Positions 47,869-54,301 of a stretch of DNA of 63,309 bases are shown one piece after another (the first letter of the stretch is position 1; each line of letters opens with the position of its first letter). The stretch is from the IMG/VR virus record IMGVR_UViG_3300006030_000029, positions 1-63,309 of that record; one strand, 5' to 3'. A program made the position numbers and the translations under genes. The notes under the pieces were generated by a model. It ran no database searches. It saw only the letters and a program-made list of their open reading frames with translations, and was not told where the DNA came from. The stretch is from a virus. Lineage: Duplodnaviria; Caudoviricetes.

Positions 47869-47897
47869 TTGACCCAACCCTCCCTCCACCATATAGT
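47869..47897 (+). promoter_or_regulatory. Sigma70-like promoter driving the XRE gene and cassette array
   Basis: TTGACC-N17-TATAGT. Confidence 0.65.
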
Positions 47898-47912
47898 TAA
47901 TCGCAACACAAT

Positions 47913-48215
47913 ATGAACCTCCCCAACATCCAGTCCCAACACCCGTTCATTCACACTGAGTTTGTTTGCGCCTCCAATCTTGAGAGCCAAGCTGCCGAAC
48001 TGCTAAAAAAAGCCAATCAAACGCGCATCAACGCCCTTGAACAACTCCGCATGCAGCAAGGCTGGTCAAAAAGCCACCTTGCCAAGGTGATTGGTTTCCA
48101 GCCTCAGTTCATCTTCCGCATTTTGCAGGGTAAGTATCCCATGAAGGAGTGTTACTTGGAAAAAGTGGATGCGGGGTTGAACAACCAAGGCCAGCCACCG
48201 GAGGGCACCCGATGA
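47913..48215 (+). CDS. XRE-family HTH protein; C-terminal residues encoded by attC site 1
   Basis: 'LRMQQGWSKSHLAKVIGFQPQFIFRILQG'; ends NNQGQPPEGTR* inside the hairpin. Confidence 0.75.
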   Translation: MNLPNIQSQHPFIHTEFVCASNLESQAAELLKKANQTRINALEQLRMQQGWSKSHLAKVIGFQPQFIFRILQGKYPMKECYLEKVDAGLNNQGQPPEGTR

Positions 48216-48273
48216 CTCCCGATCTACCAGAAGCGTCCGCGCCCGGAGGTTGCGCTGCGCCGACTGGTTCTGC
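48176..48273 (-). mobile_element. attC-type recombination site 1
   Basis: + strand: GTTGAAC-N6-GGC CAGC CA CC ... GG(T)TG(C)GCTG(C)GCC-N5-GTTCTGC, with three extrahelical bases. Confidence 0.75.
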
Positions 48274-48640
48274 GCTGGACCTTGCGCTCGCGCTGCTGGC
48301 CGTCTCTCCGGCCCGAGGCCGGGAATCGCTGCCGTGGGTGCAGGCTGGCATGGCGCTGTCTCCGCACTGCCGGGAGAATGAAAACGTCACCGAGGCCGCG
48401 CTGCGGATCGTCGCTGAGTCGCGGGAATGGTATCGCCGCCGCGTCGCATTGCTGGGCCGCGCGCAAAAGCACATGCGCGATCCCGAGCGGACGCTGGTGT
48501 GCGACATCCTGGCCAACGGTCAACTGCTGCCCGATCCGAACGGCGAGCGATACGGCTTTCCGACCACGGGCAACGAGCATGCGCAGAACGCAATAGCTGT
48601 GGCACCGCCGACACAAGACTCCAACGAAGAAGCAAAATGA
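48212..48640 (+). CDS. Cassette gene 1, hypothetical (142 aa)
   Basis: Starts in the attC1 loop (GGAGGG...ATGA) and stops in the attC2 loop; visibly GC-richer than the flanks. Confidence 0.7.
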   Translation: MTPDLPEASAPGGCAAPTGSALDLALALLAVSPARGRESLPWVQAGMALSPHCRENENVTEAALRIVAESREWYRRRVALLGRAQKHMRDPERTLVCDILANGQLLPDPNGERYGFPTTGNEHAQNAIAVAPPTQDSNEEAK

Positions 48641-48701
48641 GTGATACCCTAAAACTCGAAGAATCCGCAGGTGGCGGTTGTCCACCAGCGACTTGTTCTG
48701 C
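48583..48701 (-). mobile_element. attC-type recombination site 2
   Basis: + strand: GCAGAAC-N6-GCT GTGG CA CCGCC ... GGCGG(T)TG(T)CCAC(C)AGC-N5-GTTCTGC; same bulge geometry as site 1. Confidence 0.85.
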
Positions 48702-48966
48702 GTATTCCGAAAATCTCGAACCGTGCCGTATGCGCGAGGGAGGAGTTCCTGAGTTCGATGGCACCCGGTGGGAAAGTGGAATGCACCTCATGGGTGATCT
48801 GGTAGCGGAACGTCTCCCGGAGCCGTGCTGGATTCGGAACGGACGATCAGCAATGAAGATCGACATTGGGGAAAGCCGCATCATGGGGCGTGGGATCATG
48901 CTCGGCTACGATGTGACTGAATTTTCGCAGAACACCAAGCTCTCCGACGCGCAGCGTTCGGAGTAG
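48637..48966 (+). CDS. Cassette gene 2, hypothetical (109 aa)
   Basis: Starts in the attC2 loop (ATGA overlap) and stops inside attC3. Confidence 0.7.
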   Translation: MSDTLKLEESAGGGCPPATCSAYSENLEPCRMREGGVPEFDGTRWESGMHLMGDLVAERLPEPCWIRNGRSAMKIDIGESRIMGRGIMLGYDVTEFSQNTKLSDAQRSE

Positions 48967-48980
48967 CGCCACGGTTCTCC
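48927..48980 (-). mobile_element. attC-type recombination site 3 (short)
   Basis: + strand: GCAGAAC-N5-GCT CTCCGA CGC-GCA-GCG(T)TCGGAG(T)AGC-N6-GTTCTCC; 3 bp/bulge/6 bp/bulge, like attC aadA7. Confidence 0.75.
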
Positions 48981-49018
48981 TCTTGCCATCCCCTCAAATT
49001 ACCGTAAGTATCGCCTAA

Positions 49019-49237
49019 ATGGCATACCCTCCCAAGAACCTCAAAGGCCGTCGCTTTGGCCGTCTGAAAGTCGTCAGCTTCCTTGAACGCAATGAGCACT
49101 CCAACTCCAAATGGCTTTGTCGCTGCGACTGTGGCAAGGAAACCGAGGCTTTCTACCAACACCTCACCCGTGGCGAAAAGAAGTCGTGCGGGAAATGCGG
49201 GTTGGTGAAGCGAGGGGTTAAACCGAAGAAGAAATGA
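49019..49237 (+). CDS. Second stand-alone HNH-associated Zn-ribbon module
   Basis: 'LKGRRFGRLKV...WLCRCDCG...SCGKC'; paralogue of 44702-44914. Confidence 0.75.
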   Translation: MAYPPKNLKGRRFGRLKVVSFLERNEHSNSKWLCRCDCGKETEAFYQHLTRGEKKSCGKCGLVKRGVKPKKK

Positions 49238-49416
49238 ACCACCAACTCGCCACCCCTAAATCCGAGTCCGAACGCCGCGAGGAGCGTCGTAGCTTCCAGC
49301 AGCTTCACCCCGGCAATCGTTTTCGGCTGATGGCCGGACTGTCGATGTTACCTGAAAAGGAACCACGACCTGTGAATGAACGTGTTGCGATCCGGTAAAT
49401 TCGAGTATTCTCCCTC

Positions 49417-49824
49417 ATGGACTCTCTCATCACCCAGCTTCGCGCCCTTCAATTCCTAGCTCATCGGGCGCACAACGTCATCAAAGGACCGACTTTCTTC
49501 GAGGACCATGAGTTCCTTGGCGAGCTTTACCCGGCCTACGAAGCAGCTTACGACAGCGCCGTGGAGCGTGTGATTGGTCTCGGAACTGAGAAGTTGAGCC
49601 TCGCCAAGATTAACATCGCAGCGTCCAAGATGTCCGACATCCTGCCTGACGAGACGAAGCCCGAGCCTTTCTTCCGCGCCATTCTTAAAGGCGAGAAAGA
49701 CCTGTGCGTGATGATTGATGAGGCGGTGAAAAAGGCCTCGCAAGGCACTCAGAACTTGCTTCAAGGAATCTGCGATCAAAGTGAGATGCGCCAATACCAG
49801 TTGAAACAGCGTCTTTCCGCTTGA
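49417..49824 (+). CDS. Dps/ferritin-like protein
   Basis: 'HRAHNVIKG..FFEDHEFLGELY.....YDSAVER', a Dps-like ferroxidase pattern. Confidence 0.75.
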   Translation: MDSLITQLRALQFLAHRAHNVIKGPTFFEDHEFLGELYPAYEAAYDSAVERVIGLGTEKLSLAKINIAASKMSDILPDETKPEPFFRAILKGEKDLCVMIDEAVKKASQGTQNLLQGICDQSEMRQYQLKQRLSA

Positions 49825-49854
49825 AGTTTACGGGAATAGAAAGCACATTTACTC

Positions 49855-50085
49855 ATGGCAAAGAAATCCCCATCACTATCAGTCGGTCGAGGCGAGAAAC
49901 TTCCTGTGTCGAAGGGCGCGGGTTTGACCGCCAAGGGTCGCGCCCGTTTAAACCGTGAAACCGGCAGCAATCTCAAAGCTCCAACCAAGGACAAAGACAA
50001 TCCTCGACACAAAAGTTTCTGCGCCCGCTCTGCTTCATGGGATGGAGAACGCGGCAAAGCGGCCCGCAAGCGTTGGGGTTGTTGA
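49855..50085 (+). CDS. Small basic phage protein (DUF6321-like)
   Basis: 'GLTAKGRA..NRETGSNLKAP......R.KSFCAR...A..RWGC'. Confidence 0.7.
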   Translation: MAKKSPSLSVGRGEKLPVSKGAGLTAKGRARLNRETGSNLKAPTKDKDNPRHKSFCARSASWDGERGKAARKRWGC

Positions 50086-50196
50086 TGAATTTGAGCCAAG
50101 AAGGAACGCTTGGCAATTAAAGCGAAGGGCATCGCGCACGAGTGCCTCTTGATGTTCGCCGTATAGCCGGAATTGGTGCACGCATTCCCCACCTAT

Positions 50197-50505
50197 ATGA
50201 ACCGAGAACTCAAAATACACCTCCGCGAACTTAAGGCCAAAATAAAAACCCGTGACCGAGAGGTGGCGGAGCTTGAGGCCAAGGCAAAGAGGGCCTTCCG
50301 CGATCACAACAAGGCGATGAAGGCCACTTTGATTCAATTTGGCAAACTCATCCGGCAGTCAGGAAAAGATCGACGCATCAAAAACTACCAGCTTGCGGCA
50401 GAGATTGGTATTTCCGAAGCGGTCCTCTCACTGCTTGCCAACGGCCTTTACAACATCGGCGACAAATACCTTGCTAAGATTGAGGATTGGGTCGAAAAAC
50501 AGTAA
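50197..50505 (+). CDS. Coiled-coil plus XRE HTH protein
   Basis: 'IKNYQLAAEIGISEAVLSLLANG'. Confidence 0.7.
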   Translation: MNRELKIHLRELKAKIKTRDREVAELEAKAKRAFRDHNKAMKATLIQFGKLIRQSGKDRRIKNYQLAAEIGISEAVLSLLANGLYNIGDKYLAKIEDWVEKQ

Positions 50506-50510
50506 GGTTT

Positions 50511-51104
50511 ATGAACGAAATGTCCAAATCTCACCCGCTGCGAGTTCGTCACGGCGATTACTACTTCATCAAGGGCAATGTGCTAGACATCGGGTGTGGT
50601 CCTGACCCTATCAAGCTCGACCCGCCATCAACAGTTCGAGGGTGGGACTTGCCTGATGGTGACGCTCAATACCTCGCCAGCATTGAGGACAAGACGTTCG
50701 ATTGCATTGTCAGCGCCCACTGTCTTGAGCACGTCATGGACCCTGCAATCGCTCTCCAAAACTGGAGCCGAGTTTTAAAGGAAGGTGGTTGCATTTACGC
50801 TCTTGTCCCGCTCTACTCGGCCTACGAGAAGTTCCGTGACTTTAAGTTTGGCAGTCCACATGCCGCTCGATTCAACCCGGACCACAAAACCTCTTGGGAC
50901 ATTGTGAGCTGCCAGAAGCCAATAAATCACGAACACTTTGACTACAAGCGTATCGTGGAAATTGGCAAACAAGCTGGATTGCACCTTGTTGACCTTCGGC
51001 TTGAACTTGATGGATTTCACTGGGAGCACTGGAAGAATCCAGACTTCGACTCCACTATGCACGGCGGTTTGGCGCAACTCTGCATCATCTATCAAAAAAT
51101 CTAG
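50511..51104 (+). CDS. Class I SAM-dependent methyltransferase
   Basis: 'VLDIGCG...GDAQYL...FDCIVSAHCLEH...RVLKEGG'. Confidence 0.85.
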   Translation: MNEMSKSHPLRVRHGDYYFIKGNVLDIGCGPDPIKLDPPSTVRGWDLPDGDAQYLASIEDKTFDCIVSAHCLEHVMDPAIALQNWSRVLKEGGCIYALVPLYSAYEKFRDFKFGSPHAARFNPDHKTSWDIVSCQKPINHEHFDYKRIVEIGKQAGLHLVDLRLELDGFHWEHWKNPDFDSTMHGGLAQLCIIYQKI

Positions 51105-51106
51105 CC

Positions 51107-52750
51107 ATGACCCTTCCTGTCGTTCTCAACATTGCACCACACGAAAAGCGTCAGGCTGAAAAGCTGATTCGTTACATCAAGGAACTGGACGGAACGGAGG
51201 TGATTACGATGAAGTTTGATGATCCTCCGGGCATGCGTTACCCCGAGGTGGCAAACTGGGCATTTCGCCAATGCGCTAAAGCAATGCGCGGCAAACCCTT
51301 CATTTGGATCGAGGCTGACTCCATTCCACTCAAGGCTGGATGGGTCAAGGTTTTGACTGAAGAATACGAGGAGGTTGGAAAGCCGTATCTCTACGTCAAG
51401 ACCCTCAATCCACCGTTCGACAACTACACTGGAATCGGCGTTCAGGGTCCAGATGCCTACGATCAAGCGCCAGAAGGATTCACAACTGGCGGATTTGACG
51501 AATGGATTGTCCGCAACTATGGCAACCTGATTGGCCGAACAGACCTCATTCAGCACAGTTACGGCTTCTACGACAGTAAAGGTGACGCTACGCTACATGA
51601 GTTCCCGCGTGATTTGAGTTTGATCCGAAGCGATGCGGTTCTTTTCCACAAAGACCAGAAACAAGGCTTGATTGACCACTTGATGCCAAGTTTGAAGGGG
51701 GACGACGTGGTAAATGTCTCGACGGTCGGCGATTTGGGTGATGCGGTTCTGTCTCTAGCAACACTCAATCACCGTGGCGGGATGTATGACTACTATCTTC
51801 GAGACAATGGTGCCACGAAGGGAATTGTTAGTCGCATTCACATCTTAAAGCCATTGCTGGAAGCGCAGCCCTATATTGGTTCTGTTCGCATCTGGAAACG
51901 CGAAGAAATTCAATGGGCTTCTGAAGGATTCCGCCCCGGTTGGCACAGCAGGGATTCATCTCTTGCTGGCGCTCACGCATCACATGCCAAAAGCGTTGGC
52001 TTCATCAAGGAGATGCCAGACTTCTCAAAGCCTTGGCTGACTGTCGAGCCTGACAAGAAGTTCTCTGAAAGAGTGATTATCAACCGCAGCCCTCGCTACA
52101 ACAACGATTCTTTTCAATGGGGGAAAATCGTGAAGTTCTATGGCGACAGGCTTTTGTTCATGGGGCTTCCCGAAGAGTATGCGGCGTTTTGCCGAGCATT
52201 TGGCAACGTCCAGTATCTTGTCACCGAAAACATGCTTGAGGCCGCAAAGGCCATCGCCGCGTCCAAGCTGTTTATCGGGAATCAAAGCGCCTGCATGACG
52301 ATTGCGGAGGGGTTGAAACATCCACGAATCCAAGAAGGCAGCTTGTGGTGTTGTGACTGCGTTTATCCGAATGCCAGCAACGCACAGTATGTGTTTGATG
52401 GCTCGATGACGCTTCCGTCCTTTGATGGTGGAGAAGCCCTCGTTGTCGAATCTCAGTTGATGGGATGGAAAAACTACATCCTCAACGAAGTCCCGAACTG
52501 CGGACGCGGGCGCTACGGCTGGTATTACCAGCACAACGACGTGATGATCTGTGAAGGAGACTTCGAGTTTGCATGGCGCAAGGTGAAACGCCTGACCAAA
52601 TGGGCCGATGAGGTTTGCCAGAAGGCAGTTGTGGATTTCACCGTGGCCTTGAATCCTCAGTGGTTTGAGCGCAAGGTTCGACTACCGCAGCTTGATATTG
52701 CTCGACGGGCGTTGAGGAATGCGGGATACGCAGAGCATCCGATTCTGTGA
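51107..52750 (+). CDS. Two-domain glycosyltransferase (GT-A-like plus GT9-like GT-B)
   Basis: 'FIWIEADSIPL..GW...LFHKDQ', then 'GDLGDAV' and 'AIAASKLFIGNQS...IAEGL'. Confidence 0.7.
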   Translation: MTLPVVLNIAPHEKRQAEKLIRYIKELDGTEVITMKFDDPPGMRYPEVANWAFRQCAKAMRGKPFIWIEADSIPLKAGWVKVLTEEYEEVGKPYLYVKTLNPPFDNYTGIGVQGPDAYDQAPEGFTTGGFDEWIVRNYGNLIGRTDLIQHSYGFYDSKGDATLHEFPRDLSLIRSDAVLFHKDQKQGLIDHLMPSLKGDDVVNVSTVGDLGDAVLSLATLNHRGGMYDYYLRDNGATKGIVSRIHILKPLLEAQPYIGSVRIWKREEIQWASEGFRPGWHSRDSSLAGAHASHAKSVGFIKEMPDFSKPWLTVEPDKKFSERVIINRSPRYNNDSFQWGKIVKFYGDRLLFMGLPEEYAAFCRAFGNVQYLVTENMLEAAKAIAASKLFIGNQSACMTIAEGLKHPRIQEGSLWCCDCVYPNASNAQYVFDGSMTLPSFDGGEALVVESQLMGWKNYILNEVPNCGRGRYGWYYQHNDVMICEGDFEFAWRKVKRLTKWADEVCQKAVVDFTVALNPQWFERKVRLPQLDIARRALRNAGYAEHPIL

Positions 52751-52805
52751 AAAACCGTAAGTTTCGCTTGCCAACCTTACAGCCGTGACTACTTAGTCCG
52801 GCATA

Positions 52806-53879
52806 ATGATCCTAGCCATCCCCGTATCGAAGTCGGACGTTCATCTGCTCGCCAAAAAGGCGGAACTCATCAAAAAACTTGGCCCGTATCCGCGCCATAT
52901 TCTTGTGATGGTGCCAGATGAAACGGTGAAGCAGCCAACAGCGGAAGTTTTCGCTGATTTGAAGCCGCTTTTCCAAGATGCCCACCTGCTGCCGGTCAGC
53001 CTGAATCTCACCGGCTGGCCTGTTGCCGCGAATCGTCACTTCAAGATGACGGCTGCACAGATTCACGCCACGGGAATCAAGGAGGCGTTCTACTTCTTCG
53101 AGTTGGACAACGATCCGATGGTTTCGGGCTGGCTCGACAAGTTCCACGACGAGTATGTGGAAGCCAACAAGCCCTACATGGGGCACGTCACGCCTACTCG
53201 CGGCTTTGAGATGACGCCAGAAGGTCCACAGCCCGCGTTTGGCGAGGATCACATGGTTGGAACGGGCATTTACCCGCCCAATCTGGCAGCGTATTCGACC
53301 AAACTCACCTCGGTGGACAAGTATGCCCCGTGGAGCCGCCTGCCAATGGAGCCTTTTGACGTGGCAATGCGCCATGAAATCGCCCCTCACGCCCATAATA
53401 CACCGCTGATTCAGCACAACTGGCGCACGCAGAACTATCGCTACGAAGGTGATTCTCTTGTTTGCGACGACGTGGAAGGCATTGGCCCGAATGAATCCCA
53501 CAAGAAGCCTTGGAATGGCGCGGCCATCGTCATCCACGGGTGCAAAGATGGCTCACTGACCGAGCTTCTTCTCAAGAAATCTCCCAAGACTCACCCCATT
53601 GATTCCGCCAAGGTTGAGGTGGCTGCGACAGGGGCAAATGCCGCAGGTTCATTGACGCCGCCCGCTGCCGACGATCAGCCTAGCAGCGAACCTCCTAAGC
53701 GCCAGCATCCGACTTTCCTCGGGACGCAGATTGGCAAGCTGGTAGCCGCCAAATCGCAGAAGATCGCTGACTTGGCGAAGGCGCTAAACATCACCAATGA
53801 GCAGATCGAAGCCGAGATTGCCAATACCTCGAATGGCTTGGCGATTTCTGGCAAGGCAAAATGGGTGAAGAAAGTCTAA
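52806..53879 (+). CDS. GT-A-like glycosyltransferase
   Basis: 'FYFFELDNDP...GWL....EY....KPYMG...GTGIYP...HGCKD'; paralogous to the N-half of 51107-52750. Confidence 0.6.
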   Translation: MILAIPVSKSDVHLLAKKAELIKKLGPYPRHILVMVPDETVKQPTAEVFADLKPLFQDAHLLPVSLNLTGWPVAANRHFKMTAAQIHATGIKEAFYFFELDNDPMVSGWLDKFHDEYVEANKPYMGHVTPTRGFEMTPEGPQPAFGEDHMVGTGIYPPNLAAYSTKLTSVDKYAPWSRLPMEPFDVAMRHEIAPHAHNTPLIQHNWRTQNYRYEGDSLVCDDVEGIGPNESHKKPWNGAAIVIHGCKDGSLTELLLKKSPKTHPIDSAKVEVAATGANAAGSLTPPAADDQPSSEPPKRQHPTFLGTQIGKLVAAKSQKIADLAKALNITNEQIEAEIANTSNGLAISGKAKWVKKV

Positions 53880-53882
53880 TCT

Positions 53883-54299
53883 ATGACCATCCCCGAACCA
53901 ACATCAGGCCGTCACGTCATCCGTCCATCTGAAATCGGATGGGTAATGGAGCCTCGAACCGGCAATCCTAGCGAGGGCGTCCTTTCTCTCATTGTTGATA
54001 AAGAGGGCAAGGTGACTGGCGACATCGCCCGGACAAACGAGGGTATGCGCGTCAACAAGGCAGCAATCCAGTTCAATGAAGGCTTTGTTTCCATGCCAGC
54101 CCTGTCAGCCGTGGCGGATGTCATCAACGACGCCATCACGAAGCTGACCATGAAGGGGTGCTCGCTTTTTTCGCTGGAAGTTGAGCTTACGCCACTGCTT
54201 CAACCTAAGCTGATTTTGACGGGAGTGGACTCGAATGGGTTTACGGAGGGGACGGAAAACACCCTTGATTCCCAAGGAAAGGGTGGGAATATCGGCTGA
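53883..54299 (+). CDS. Hypothetical protein
   Basis: 138-aa ORF between the glycosyltransferase and the portal. Confidence 0.55.
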   Translation: MTIPEPTSGRHVIRPSEIGWVMEPRTGNPSEGVLSLIVDKEGKVTGDIARTNEGMRVNKAAIQFNEGFVSMPALSAVADVINDAITKLTMKGCSLFSLEVELTPLLQPKLILTGVDSNGFTEGTENTLDSQGKGGNIG

Positions 54300-54301
54300 T
54301 T

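Noticed and set aside
48149-48636. ORF-track starts at 48149 and 48427 for the cassette genes
   Set aside because: They overlap upstream genes; the ATGA-coupled starts at 48212 and 48637 fit better.
50044-50050. GGAGAAC as partner core of attC3's GTTCTCC (a third, ~1-kb cassette)
   Set aside because: Lies mid-gene, AAC is not in the Asn phase and no hairpin follows; likely chance.
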